Under the pieces are notes generated by a model, which ran no database searches, had not been told where the DNA came from, and saw nothing but the letters and a program-made list of their open reading frames with translations. Shown here piece after piece: positions 35,073 to 46,906 of a stretch of DNA of 64,000 nucleotides. Where the stretch lies: positions 1,922,001 to 1,986,000 of the forward strand of contig OZ251228.1 in assembly GCA_965240325.2 (NCBI GenBank), given 5' to 3'. The translations under genes were made by a program, and so were the position numbers. Numbering within the stretch: the first letter of the stretch is position 1; the number at the start of each line of letters is the position of its first letter. The DNA is from Rebecca billardiae RCC1528. Lineage: Eukaryota > Protista > Haptophyta.

Positions 35073-35557
35073 GGCTCTGGCTTCGGTTGACCCCTGCCAG
35101 AGACGGGCACTGTGAGCTCCTTCATGAAGTCACTCGTGAAAACTGCACAGGAGGACCTCAATGGATGCCTAGATGATGACTTCAGAGCGATATTGGGCCA
35201 ACAAGCACTTCCTCTATAGTTCAGACTCTATTTTTACTATGTGTTTACCCATTTCAGACTCTGGTCAGAACACGGTCCGGGAGCGATCCGGATGCACCCG
35301 TAGCTATTGGAAATATGTCACCGGACTGGGTAAATAGCTATGAAAAATAGAGTCTGAAGTAGTTGCCACAAACTGAGTTTCACACCCTGTCGGCACTTAT
35401 TGGCCATCCATAGTAACCCTACTAATACTTGGAGCCCTGTGGGACACTTCGGGCGTTCTGATTCGGCCGCAGGAAATGCGAAGATCGTTTTCCTCACTTT
35501 TCGGTACGCCCGGTTTCTATGACCGCGGACTGGCAGGGGTCAACCGGAGCCAGAGCC
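35073..35557. mobile_element. MITE, 485 bp
   Basis: 28-bp TIR GGCTCTGGCTYCGGTTGACCCCTGCCAG (1 mismatch); 4-bp TSD AGTT; internal 16-bp IR at 35220-35235 / 35343-35358; no ORF. Confidence 0.85.
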
Positions 35558-35711
35558 AGTTATCAGTAGCTATGCTAGCCGACGGTGTCAGCGGAGTCGC
35601 AGCTGCACTTTGCGAGCTGGGGCGATGGCTCGACCCGGGACGCGTCCCGGGGAAGACGGAAGTGGCGCAGGTGATCTCGCGACTACACAGCCCGGTGAGT
35701 CGGGGCGGCGC

Positions 35712-36764
<1,053 letters not shown>

Positions 36765-36841
36765 TTATCGAATAGTGAAATCGACTTGAATCCACGATGG
36801 GCGCGAAGCTGAAAAGTGAAAGCACTCCGAGATGATCGTCT

Positions 36842-37726
36842 CTATGCAGGGGCGAGAGGTCTCGACGACGGGAAGGCTCCTCGACCTCGTGCAAGGCGCT
36901 CGCGCTCGTCGGCGATGCGCAGCTGGCGCTCGAGCCACTCGCGGCCTTCGGCTGACGACAGGTCGGCTAGCGCGCCGTGACCGCGCTGCTCGATGAAGCC
37001 TGGGTGCATGGTGACCGCAATCTCGGTCGGTCGCGGCTCGGGTGCGGAGGCGTGCAGAAAGCTGAAATTGCTGGCACGGCCCGCTGTGGCGGATGCGCGT
37101 GGTATCGAAAGGCGACGATCGTACCCTTGTGCAGGTAGGTCGTGCACGCCGGCGTGATCGGTCGGGATCGTCGTACCCACGTGCAGCTGTGCCGGCTCTC
37201 CCTTGAACCAACTCACGACTAGAGCATACGCATCCTGCTTGGTCAGGAGGGCATCGCCCGCATGGAGCACAGCGGCGTGCTGCCGAATGGCGCGTTCGAG
37301 GGCCACGAGTAGGCTGTGCCCATTCGCGTATCGCGCATTGGTTCCCGCGACGGGGTAGCTGGCGCACAGAAGCTCGGCAGCGCCCTGCGCGCGACGCGCG
37401 GAGGGGAAGGCTGGGCGATCCCACATGAGTGTCATTCGCGCGAGGTGGAGCGTCGTGCCGAGCGGACCGAGTCGCGAGCAATCACGCACCGTGCGATCCC
37501 CTCCGAACAGCTCCGTCAGTGCGCTGGCGAGCAGGCCACACTCCAGCCCGTCGAGGCTGCTTTCGTAGCTCGCAGCGCGTTCCAGCGCGGCCCGCAGCTC
37601 GCCCAAGAGCCGCCCAATAGCAATATACTCGGCATCGCGTCCCCGCATTGCGCTCACGGTGAAGCGCTGACAGCAGCCCACGTACACGCCCTCCACGGCC
37701 ACCTTCTGCCAGTACGTGGATGACAT
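36842..37726 (-). CDS. Hypothetical protein
   Basis: Protein-like composition; divergent partner of the 37865 gene; no family recognised. Confidence 0.55.
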   Translation of the reverse strand: MSSTYWQKVAVEGVYVGCCQRFTVSAMRGRDAEYIAIGRLLGELRAALERAASYESSLDGLECGLLASALTELFGGDRTVRDCSRLGPLGTTLHLARMTLMWDRPAFPSARRAQGAAELLCASYPVAGTNARYANGHSLLVALERAIRQHAAVLHAGDALLTKQDAYALVVSWFKGEPAQLHVGTTIPTDHAGVHDLPAQGYDRRLSIPRASATAGRASNFSFLHASAPEPRPTEIAVTMHPGFIEQRGHGALADLSSAEGREWLERQLRIADERERLARGRGAFPSSRPLAPA

Positions 37727-37864
37727 TGGCCCGCCGCGTCGCCGACGGAGATTATTCAAATGACCGCGTCCACGCTGAAGGCACGGCCGCCATCGTGATT
37801 CCTTCGTCGCCCTTGGTGTACTGGTGTCGCTCGCCGCGCGCAAAGTGGCGCACGCCGTACGCCG

Positions 37865-39265
37865 ATGCCGCTGGCGGGGGTGCTCGAAGGGTTCGACCGG
37901 CACGGCTCCAAGTTCCTCGACTTCCGCCTGTCGACCAAGCGCGAGAGCTACTTTGTCGGCCGGCAGTCGGACGCGGTCGACATTGTGCTTGAGCACGAGT
38001 CCATCTCACGTCGCCACGCGGAGCTCACGATCACGCCGGTGGGCGTGACGCTCTCCGACCTCGCATCGGCGCACGGCACGTTCGTCGACGGGCGGCGTCT
38101 CAAGCCGAACGCGCCCGCGCCGCTGGGCGACGGCACGCGCATCACGTTTGCGGGCTCGAGCCGCCGCTTCAGGTTTCGCACGCCCGCCGCCGTCGCCGCG
38201 GAGGAGCTCGCGGCGGGCGGCGCGGCGGCGGACGACGCGGGCGCGCCCGCGCTCTTCCCCACCGGCCCCGTCAACGAGCCGCTGTGCAAGGCCGTCCTGT
38301 ACATCCTCCGCCACTCGCTGTCGGACGGGCCGGGCGGTGGGTTCCGGCTGCGGCCAGACGGCTTTGTCCCGATGGACGAGCTGTGCAAGGCGTCGGCGCT
38401 GAGCACGTACCACTGCGGGGCGGACGATTTGGACGCGCTCGCGCGCGCGACCGCCGCGCGCGGCCTCTTCGAGTGCCGGCACGAGGGCGCGCGCCAGCTC
38501 ATCCGCGCGAAGGCGGGGCACGCGGCCGAGGTGCGCGTGAGCACCGCGCTGCAGCTCACCTCCCTCTCACTCCGCGAGCTCGGCGAGCTCGAGCTCGCGC
38601 ACCACGGCACGTACTTCGCGGCGTGGAACGCGATACGCGCGCACGGGCTCGACGCGATGGCGCCGCCCTCGCGCCGAGGCGTCGTCTGCTTCAGCGACGC
38701 GCCGCCGCCCAAGGGCGCCACGCCCGCCGGCATGCGCGCGCCGCCTGAGGTGCTGGTGAGCGTCGATGCTCAGCTCTGCGCCGAGCACGGGCTGCGATGG
38801 TTCCGCGACGAGCGCGGCGCGCTGTGCTGCGCGGGCGCGGTGGAGGACGGGCGCATCCCGCTGCACTACGCGACGCGCGTGATCAACCTGCGCAACGGTC
38901 GCGAGCTGATGGACGCGGAGGAGCTGCAGGCGGCGCGTGAGCGGGCGAGCGGCGGCGGCGCGGGCGCGCAGCTGCCGGCGGCGGCGGCGCGCGGCGCGGC
39001 CGCGGCGGAGCGGGCGCCGAGCGCACCGGTCGGCCCCGCCCTGCCGCCCGCGCCGTCCGAGGCCCCGCAACGCACTGAGCCGGCGGTGGTGAACCGGCCC
39101 AACCCTTACCTCCCGGAGCCGCCTCGGCGTGGCGCGGACGATGAGCTGGATGAGCAGAGCGAGGAGGAGGACGAGGAGGAGGGCAGAGGCATCGGCGCCG
39201 CCGGCGGCTATGCGGCACGCCGGGCGCCGCGCGGGCACGCACACAAGCGACTGCGCTTGGACTGA
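37865..39265 (+). CDS. FHA domain fused to a divergent Tpt1/KptA (RNA 2'-phosphotransferase-like) domain
   Basis: FHA: GRQ...HESISRRHA...DLASAHGTFVDG. Tpt1: YILRH, DGFV, IRAKAGH, HGT...W..I...GL..M, GMR, GRIP. Confidence 0.8.
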   Translation: MPLAGVLEGFDRHGSKFLDFRLSTKRESYFVGRQSDAVDIVLEHESISRRHAELTITPVGVTLSDLASAHGTFVDGRRLKPNAPAPLGDGTRITFAGSSRRFRFRTPAAVAAEELAAGGAAADDAGAPALFPTGPVNEPLCKAVLYILRHSLSDGPGGGFRLRPDGFVPMDELCKASALSTYHCGADDLDALARATAARGLFECRHEGARQLIRAKAGHAAEVRVSTALQLTSLSLRELGELELAHHGTYFAAWNAIRAHGLDAMAPPSRRGVVCFSDAPPPKGATPAGMRAPPEVLVSVDAQLCAEHGLRWFRDERGALCCAGAVEDGRIPLHYATRVINLRNGRELMDAEELQAARERASGGGAGAQLPAAAARGAAAAERAPSAPVGPALPPAPSEAPQRTEPAVVNRPNPYLPEPPRRGADDELDEQSEEEDEEEGRGIGAAGGYAARRAPRGHAHKRLRLD

Positions 39266-39523
39266 ATGATCGCGGCGTCGCGAGGTGCTGGTAGGCGACC
39301 GCCGTGCTGGCGATTGGTGGCAAGCACGCGGCGCGGAGCGCGCATGGATGCGCTACGTCTGATGCGCTGCCCCCCACATGGCATGACATGGATGTGGAGC
39401 CTGCGCCGTGCAACGGTTTGATGGTAGACCTCGTTCGCCGAATTAAAATTAAATCACATTTTGACTTTTCGTCTGCGCTTTTGACTTTCCACGCCGCGTG
39501 TTTCGAGCGGGCCGCTGACCGAA

Positions 39524-40502
39524 ATGCCGCGGCGCGTGCACCTGGAGGGCACGGCGGCAGAATGCCGATGCGCGCCGTGTTCGGTGATCCGAATAGCCAT
39601 CTCGCCGATGGTGCTCTTCGTGATCGGGCTTGTCGTCCTCTCGTACATCCCACTGGTCGTGTGGCGCAAGCACACGGGCGGAGTGCTGGACGTTGCGCAC
39701 CTGGTCTTCTTCCACGCGATGCTCGTGATGCTGCTCATGTCGTACTTCATGACGCTGTGCGTGGACCCCGGGACGCCGCCGGACTGGTGGGTGCAACAGC
39801 AGCTCGAGAGTGGGAACCCCGAGCAGTACAGACGGTGCGCCAAGTCGGACAAGCTCAAGCCGCCGCGCGCGCACTTCTGCTCCGTGACGCAGCGGCTCGT
39901 GCTGAACATGGACCACTTCTGCCCGTGGGTGGACAATACGGTGGGGTACTACAACCGCAAGTTTTTCATCCTTTTCCTCGTCTACAGCTGCATCACGTGC
40001 CTCTACGCCGCAGGTGCGCATGCCTGCCGCCCGGCACGTTCCGTCAAGCGCGGGCGCCGACGTGTGTCGTTCGTCCCGCCCCTGCGCCCATGCAGGCATG
40101 CTGTACTTCGAGGGCGCACTGGACGTGCGCGCGCAGCGCTCGGAGGGCTTCGCGCCGGCGACGACGAGGCTTATGGCCATGATGGTCGACGGCGCCCTCG
40201 GCGTCGCCCTCATCTTCTTCGCCTTCTTCCACCTGAACATGGCGGCAAAGAACGAGACGACGATTGAGAGCTTTGGGTACGCCGACCCGAGATACGATCT
40301 TGGCGCTGAGGCCAACCTGGAGCAGGTGTTCGGCCGGAACAAGCTCATGTGGCTACTCCCCGTGTACGGCGATGGGCCCTGCGGCGACGGTATGCACTGG
40401 CCCATGCGTGAGCTCCGGCCTGCGGAGGATGACCCGTCGAGGCTGAATCCGTCCGTCCTCGCAGGCGATGCGCTGAGTGATGACACAGACGGCAGCAGTT
40501 GA
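39524..40502 (+). CDS. DHHC palmitoyltransferase; intron 40014-40095
   Basis: DPG, KPPRAHFCS, MDHFCPWVDNTVG..NRKFF.LFL.Y, NETTIE, YDLG..ANL.QVFG. Confidence 0.92.
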
Positions 40503-40983
40503 CGAGGCCCCTCCGGGGCCGCCTGGCTGCTCAGCTTGATGCCGACGACCCGGCCGCATGCGGTGATGATCATGATGACGATGGCGATATAGTGCGCCTG
40601 AGGGCCCGGGCCTCATCAGGGCCGCTGAGACAGCTGAGGCCGTGGCCCGGGAGCGGCCGCGGGCGGCGGGGGCGACGGGCCGCCGCCGCGGGCGGGGGCT
40701 CGGCCACATCATCAGAATAATCCTCCGGCACGCCCTCGCCCTGATGATAGTGTCAGCATCACGACAAAGCCGTGCCAGGATGATCTGTGATGAGTCTGTG
40801 GCTTCTGATTGCCCGCGAGTGTCAGTGCCTACTGGTACTGTACGCGTCTCAGTGACGACGTACTGAGACGTTATTGTGGATGACCTCGTCATCACCGCAT
40901 CACCGCCGCATCACCGCATCACGGTGCGGCATCACGCACCCGACACGGATCGAGTCATCGCACGTTGGCTCAGCTCGGCGGCG

Positions 40984-43215
40984 TCACCGCCGCTGCCGCC
41001 GCCGAGCAGCCGCGGATGGCGTGTAGAGGTGGGAATCCCCGCTCGTGGCAAGCACCGCGCTCAGGCCCGCCACCGGCTCCGCCTGCGGCACGCCGTCCAC
41101 GCTGCCGCCGCCGATCGGTCGGTGCACGTACGGCACGAGCCCGCCACGTGGCTTGAACGCCGCATCCGTCGAGCAGCACCAGGAGGAGAGGGTCGCGGCG
41201 AAGCGGCGGTCGAACTCGGCGCCCTGCGCGGGCGAGGCGAAGCCCGCGAAGAAAGAGCGGGCGTCGCCGACGTCGAGGATCCGCGCGGAGCAGCGCCCAA
41301 GCTCAGCGCGCAGCGTCTCGTCCGTCGGCACGCGCGCGCCTGACAGGCAGCAGCCGGGCGGCGTGCGGCCGCTGCATCTCCGCGGGTCGGCGCGCGAGCG
41401 CTGCACGGCGTCCGGCACGCGCGGGTCGTCGAGGAAGCCGCGCTCGCGGTGCAGGAAGCCGGACTCGAGAAACTGCCGCGGCTTGAGCCAGTGGTCGATC
41501 GCGCAGTCGTACGGCAGCCGGATCGCCGAGTCCGCGTCGCAGCCGGGCCCGACGTGCCCCGGCCCAAAGCCGAGCTCACACGCGCACCGCATGCGCGGCA
41601 GCACGAGCGAGCGGTTGAGGGCGGTTGCGGCCGCGAGCGCGAGCGCGAGCTGCGCGATCTGCTCGTGCACCAGCCGCATGTGCACCTCGGGGACCGCTCC
41701 GCGCGCGACGCGCGGCTGGTGCAGCAGCTCGCGCGGCACCTCCGGCGTGTACGTGAGGAAGTACCCATCTGAGTAATACTCAGGCGGGTCGATGTGCAGC
41801 CCCGCCTCGCGCAGCCGCATCAGCTTGCTGGCGGGCTCCTGCAGCCGGAGAAAGGTGGCGTGCACGCCGATGGGCTCGACTGCGCGCACCTCGTGCAGCC
41901 GGCGCACGGTGTACCTGCGGGCCGCCGAGGGCGGTCCACGCTCGCGCGCACGGTGGGCAGGCGTGCCGCGCAGATGGTGCGCGCGCTCGGCGCGCGGCGC
42001 GCGCGAGGCGGCGCGCGCGCACCCGAGCAGCGAGAGGAACTGCGCGGCGGGCAGCACGCCGAGCGTCGCCTGGCCGCCGAGCATGGGGCACGCGTGGCCG
42101 CGCAGCGCGCGCCACTCGCGTCCCGTCGTGTTCCCCTTCCACCGCCGGTTGATCAGCCCCTGGTCGATGTCGTGCGCTCGCCTCGCCGCCACCGCCTCGT
42201 GCGCGGCGCGCAGCAACCGGAGCGCGCCCGGACGATCGGCGCGCGCGAGGAGGATGCCGATGTTGAGCGACTTGGCGCACGTGCCCGCGGGCTCGAGCTG
42301 CAGGTCGACCGGCGCAGCGCGCATGCGCGCAAGCGGCTTGAGCGGCTTGTCCGAGTCGGACGTCATGTCCGTCGAGATGAGCATGTCCAGGCTGCCGTGC
42401 TCGGCGAGCGCGGCGCGCACGTACGGCGTGGGCGAGCGCAGCCAGACGACATCCGCATCGCTCAGCAGGAGGTGCGAGCCCGCCTGCGCGGCGGCCTCGA
42501 GCAGCGCGACGGCGTGGCGCCAGCGCCCGGCCTGCGAGCCCTCGACCGTCGGCGTCGGACCCGTCGCGTACACGCCCACGCCAAACGCGCGGAGGCGCCG
42601 CTCGAGCCTCGACGGCTCTGCGCCGACGAGCGACTCGGCCGCGCCCTCGTCGACACCACCGCTGCGCGCCGCCCGCTTCCGATCGCGCTTGGTGAAGCCC
42701 GGCGGCGGGGTCCACCTCATCAGCCCGACGAGCACTGCACACTCGCCCACGATGGGCACGGCGTGGCCCACAAAGTTGAGCAGCATCGATTCAAGCTCGC
42801 GCGTCGCGACCGTGCCGATCACAATGCCTTCGCGCGTGTGCGCGCGCACAATCTCCGCGCTCACCGGCGGCAGCGGCCCCGTGCCGAGCGAGCAGGGTGG
42901 CGTGCGCGAGGGCTCGAGCTCGAACAGCTCGCGCTGCTGCCGAGCAATCGCCTCCTCCACGCCCGGCCGTGGCAGCGCGACACTGTGCGGCCGAGCCGCC
43001 GCGAGGGCCGCCGGGGTCGCCCACACGAGAGCGCCAGGCTCGCGCACGGTCTCGGCCGTCGAGCCCGTCCGGGCCCACGCGAGCACGGCCACGCCAACGA
43101 CGAGCACACCTGTCGCGGCGAGCGCCCCGCTCGACGCTCGGCGTCGAGGCCGCACGCCTAAGAGCCTGTCCCCCAACTTTGGCCCCAGCTCGTGGCCGTC
43201 GGTCGCCGCCATCAT
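40984..43215 (-). CDS. GT77 nucleotide-diphospho-sugar transferase (XEG113-like); in-frame intron 41915-42022
   Basis: Type II anchor; LSDADVVWLRSP, LNIGI, DQ, VHATF, KLMRLREAGL..DPPEYY, ALNRSLVLP. Confidence 0.8.
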   Translation of the reverse strand: MMAATDGHELGPKLGDRLLGVRPRRRASSGALAATGVLVVGVAVLAWARTGSTAETVREPGALVWATPAALAAARPHSVALPRPGVEEAIARQQRELFELEPSRTPPCSLGTGPLPPVSAEIVRAHTREGIVIGTVATRELESMLLNFVGHAVPIVGECAVLVGLMRWTPPPGFTKRDRKRAARSGGVDEGAAESLVGAEPSRLERRLRAFGVGVYATGPTPTVEGSQAGRWRHAVALLEAAAQAGSHLLLSDADVVWLRSPTPYVRAALAEHGSLDMLISTDMTSDSDKPLKPLARMRAAPVDLQLEPAGTCAKSLNIGILLARADRPGALRLLRAAHEAVAARRAHDIDQGLINRRWKGNTTGREWRALRGHACPMLGGQATLGVLPAAQFLSLLGCARAASRAPRAERAHHLRGTPAHRARERGPPSAARRYTVRRLHEVRAVEPIGVHATFLRLQEPASKLMRLREAGLHIDPPEYYSDGYFLTYTPEVPRELLHQPRVARGAVPEVHMRLVHEQIAQLALALAAATALNRSLVLPRMRCACELGFGPGHVGPGCDADSAIRLPYDCAIDHWLKPRQFLESGFLHRERGFLDDPRVPDAVQRSRADPRRCSGRTPPGCCLSGARVPTDETLRAELGRCSARILDVGDARSFFAGFASPAQGAEFDRRFAATLSSWCCSTDAAFKPRGGLVPYVHRPIGGGSVDGVPQAEPVAGLSAVLATSGDSHLYTPSAAARRRQRR

Positions 43216-43384
43216 GTTCCTGGTAGGATCGCACCGGTCAGGCGGTATTTTAGACAGCGCGGGCGGGCGGCAAGGCCGGCAGCCGGCGGCAGGATGCACA
43301 GCAGGCCGGACTGGACCCGCCTCGTTCACGGCTTCACGCGGTCGTCGCGCGCCCGCGGAGGAAGAAGGCCTGACCGTGAGGGCC

Positions 43385-45592
43385 ATGCGCGTGCTGGTCG
43401 TCGCCGCGCTGGCGGGGCTGTTCGGCAGCTCGTCCAAAAAGGACCCCTCCAAGCCCGTAACCAAGTCGGGCTGGACCTGCCCGAGCGGCAGCCAGTCGAG
43501 CAAGTCCGCCAAGTCCGGGCCCCAGTACCACTTCCTCGAGCACAAGGGCACGACGCGGTGCTGGATTCAGTATGTGCCGCGCGAGGCGCAGCGCGAGCCG
43601 CGGCCGGTGGTGATCGACATGCACCCGCTGCAGGCGACGGCCGAGCTGATGCACAAGTCCGATGGCTTCGAGCGCCTCGCCAAGGCGGAGGGCTTCATCG
43701 CCGTCTGGCCGAACGGCTTCCGCCGCTCATGGAACGCTGGCGGCATCTGCTGCGGTGCGGCGTCGTACAACGACATCGACGACGTCGGCTTCCTTCTCGC
43801 GATGATCACCCGGCTGCGCGAGACGCTCAACGTCGACCCATCGCGGATCTACGTCACCGGCCACTCCAACGGCTGCGGGATGGCGCAGCGGCTCGCTGTC
43901 GAGGCCTCGGCGGTGATCGCGGCGGTCGCGTGCATGTCCGGCTTCTGGACAGCGCGGCTCCCGGACGAGGCGGCGGGCGCGCTGCTGCCCATGCCGTTCC
44001 TCGCGGTGCACTGTCGCGACGACATGGAGTCGCCCGCGAAGTACGACCCGCTCGCGCTCCGCAACCTCCAGCGCTGGCGCCAGCACGACGGGTGCTTCGG
44101 CGAGCCGTCGAGGGTGTGGCAGAACTCGACCTCGATGTTCGAGCTGTACACCGAGTGCGACCACGGCGTGGAGGCGGGGCTGGTGACGCTCGAGGTGTGC
44201 GGGCACTGGCCGTACAAGGCGAAGCGGCCGCCCATGTTCCTGCTCAATCGGCTGATCCAAGGCCCCGACCCGGTCACGACGATGCCGGAGGATGCGATCC
44301 AAATTGCATGGGGCTTCCTCAAGAAGTTTCGGCTGCGCGCGGACGGCGGCTCGCGGCAAGAGGACCCGCCGCCGGCGGCGCTGGCATCGGGGCGCGTGGG
44401 CTTCGGGGCGAGCGCGAGCACGCATGGCGCACACGACGCCGCGCACGACGCGCACGACGACCCGAACCCCGCGCTCGGCTGGCCGGACCCGCCCTCCGCG
44501 GCGGACGGCGGCGCGTCGGACGCTTACGGCACCGCTGGAGCGCGAGGGTCGCTCGGTGGTGCGCACACCGCAGCCCATGGCCAGCCGACCGTCGCCAGCG
44601 GCGGCGCGCCGCCGCTCGCGGCCGAGCTGCAGGCGACGATATCAACGCTTGAAGCTAGCATCTTTGACGGGCCGTCGGCAGCGCCGGCCGTCGCGGCCAG
44701 CCACCCGGTCACGCCCGCGCACGGCGCAGCGAATGCGACGACGGCCATGGCGCCGGCCTCAGCGCACCCTGCTGGCCTTGCCAACGCGACGGCGGCTGTC
44801 GCCCCTGCGGCCTCCGCGGCTGCTGCGCCCGCGGCGCGCACAGGGACGGCGAAGCCTCCGGCCTCAGCGGTGGCGGGCCCAGCCCGCCGTGCGAATATCA
44901 CGGCGCCTGCGGCAGCTGGCGGCGCGGAAGAGGCTGGCCAGGGCAACGCAACGGCGCGCGTGGCTTCCGCTGCCGTTGCTGCTGCGCCCGCGGCCAACTC
45001 CACTGCTGCACCCACCGCCGCCGCCGCCGCTGATGCCGCCGCCGCCGCGCAACCCCCGCACCATGCCAACGTGAGCGCGGCGAGCGCAGCGGCGCCCGCC
45101 TCTGCGGCCACTGCGGCCGTCACAACAGCTCCGGCAACAGCGGGCACGCCGCGCGCGGCGAACGCCACGGCGCCCGCTGGCGCTGCAACCATCGTTGCCG
45201 CTGCCGTCAAGGCCGGCCCTGCTGCTGGCCCGGCGCGCCCGCCCGGGCGTGCCAACGTAACGGCTCCCGTCGCCGCTGCCACCGCAAGCGCCTCGTCGCG
45301 GCCACCCAGCCAGATCAACGAGACGGCGCCTGCTGGGGCTGCACCCAGCGCGGTTGCGGCACACTTGGCCACGGCATCGAACGCAACGGCTGTTGCCGCC
45401 GCAGCACGCCCAACCGGCCAGCCGTATGTGCTGACGCCGGCTTCCGCCGCGCCCGCGCACGCGCCCGCGCACGCGCCCGCCCCTGCCACCATGGCGCGCA
45501 CTGCGCCTGCCGCAAGCTCAGCCGGTGGAAAGCCCGCGTCGAGCACAGCGGCGACCGTGCTGCGCCCGCTGCGGGAGTCCCGTACTGATTGA
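43385..45592 (+). CDS. Secreted LpqC/PHB-depolymerase-like esterase with Ala/Pro-rich glycosylated tail
   Basis: Signal peptide; WNAG..CCG, DDVGF, DPSRIYVTGHSNG, GHWP; repeated N-x-T/S sequons in the tail. Confidence 0.82.
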   Translation: MRVLVVAALAGLFGSSSKKDPSKPVTKSGWTCPSGSQSSKSAKSGPQYHFLEHKGTTRCWIQYVPREAQREPRPVVIDMHPLQATAELMHKSDGFERLAKAEGFIAVWPNGFRRSWNAGGICCGAASYNDIDDVGFLLAMITRLRETLNVDPSRIYVTGHSNGCGMAQRLAVEASAVIAAVACMSGFWTARLPDEAAGALLPMPFLAVHCRDDMESPAKYDPLALRNLQRWRQHDGCFGEPSRVWQNSTSMFELYTECDHGVEAGLVTLEVCGHWPYKAKRPPMFLLNRLIQGPDPVTTMPEDAIQIAWGFLKKFRLRADGGSRQEDPPPAALASGRVGFGASASTHGAHDAAHDAHDDPNPALGWPDPPSAADGGASDAYGTAGARGSLGGAHTAAHGQPTVASGGAPPLAAELQATISTLEASIFDGPSAAPAVAASHPVTPAHGAANATTAMAPASAHPAGLANATAAVAPAASAAAAPAARTGTAKPPASAVAGPARRANITAPAAAGGAEEAGQGNATARVASAAVAAAPAANSTAAPTAAAAADAAAAAQPPHHANVSAASAAAPASAATAAVTTAPATAGTPRAANATAPAGAATIVAAAVKAGPAAGPARPPGRANVTAPVAAATASASSRPPSQINETAPAGAAPSAVAAHLATASNATAVAAAARPTGQPYVLTPASAAPAHAPAHAPAPATMARTAPAASSAGGKPASSTAATVLRPLRESRTD

Positions 45593-46906
45593 TGAGCCGC
45601 AGTATTCGCGGCCAGGCCGGCCGGCAGCGGCGGTGCCGCTGGGAACAGTGTCAGTGTCACTGCAGAGGCTGCTGCGCCCTCGGTCAGTTGGCTTCGGCCA
45701 GCCTGGTGGCGAACTTCGGCAACAGACAACAGTCCCGCGCGCTCCCCGGGCCGAACTCGACGCCGCACCGATCGGCGAAATTAATCACGATCGACGATGA
45801 CGGCGGACTGATTCATCCACGACTCTGGCAAGAGTGAAGAGAGCTGAGCCATCAGGCGTCATCCCCCCGGATCATGTCAGACCAAGGCTTCAGACTGGCC
45901 GTGGACTGAGATTCTTAGCACGGTACTCACGTAAGACTGTCATCACCGCGGTGACTGTGACGGTCCGACCGAGACCTGGCCCGCTGCCCGCGGTCCCTCA
46001 GCCATGGCGGGGGTGGGTAAGTCACTTACTAAGTCACTGGGTAGTGGATCACTGGATCCTACCCTAGATCGCCATCTCAAACTGCCTGCATCACTTGTTT
46101 CATAGCACATCTTTATACGAGCCACGGGGCATGAGTAGATTCGAATACTGTGAGAATCGTAACGGAGTGCATGGAGAACTGCATGGACAACGAAACCGAC
46201 TTCGCAATTCATGGGGTCCACCCAACGCTCAAAGTTGCGTCCGGGACGCCCCCCTGCGCTTTTCGATTTTTCAAAAGCGGCTGAAATTGGCCCGAAAAAG
46301 GGGCTGTGTTGGCGACCGGGCATTTTTTCATCAAGCACTGCTCCGCGCGCAAGCTCTCGTATTTGCGGTTGCTTCTGAAGCGCAACGAACCCTATTATGG
46401 TGTCCGAAATTCTGATCATAAGCGTCCGCGGGCACTCCGAAGACTCGCTGGAAGGGAGCAGGGGAGTCGCGCTGACTCTGAATTATTCGACTCAGGCGCC
46501 GCCGAGAACTCTCTCGAGGCAGAAAAATGGCGGCTCACAAACCGGGCGTGCCGGCGGGAATAGGTGGGATTCCCAAATCAATCTCGGGCTCCCGCTTTTT
46601 ACCGTTTTAACCAATCGATATGTAAGACTCGGTTCACGCCCAGGCGAGGTGGAGGGAGATACAATTTCGTCGTCATATTCAACGTGGACCAATGAGCTCG
46701 TCACACACACGTGTTCAACCGTTCCCGGCGCGCGAACAATCTTTCAAAGATCCCGTCTCATGGCGTCACAGAACGTCATTTGGCGCTCCGCCGAGCAGCG
46801 TGGTGCCACTCAAGCCCTTGCCCGCGTCGCATCGGCAAGCACCCGGCCTCCTCATTTTGGGCGCCAGCGTCCGCCGTCACTCCACCGTGCCCCCCTCACC
46901 GGGGAC

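Noticed and set aside
41792-43384. N-terminal 530 aa of the 1266-aa ORF
   Set aside because: Antisense to the GT77 gene; the real start is the signal-peptide Met at 43385.
46080-46420. AT-richer segment resembling a transposon end (similar segments at ~34600-34900 and ~49900-50450)
   Set aside because: No TIR, TSD or second copy identifiable in the window.
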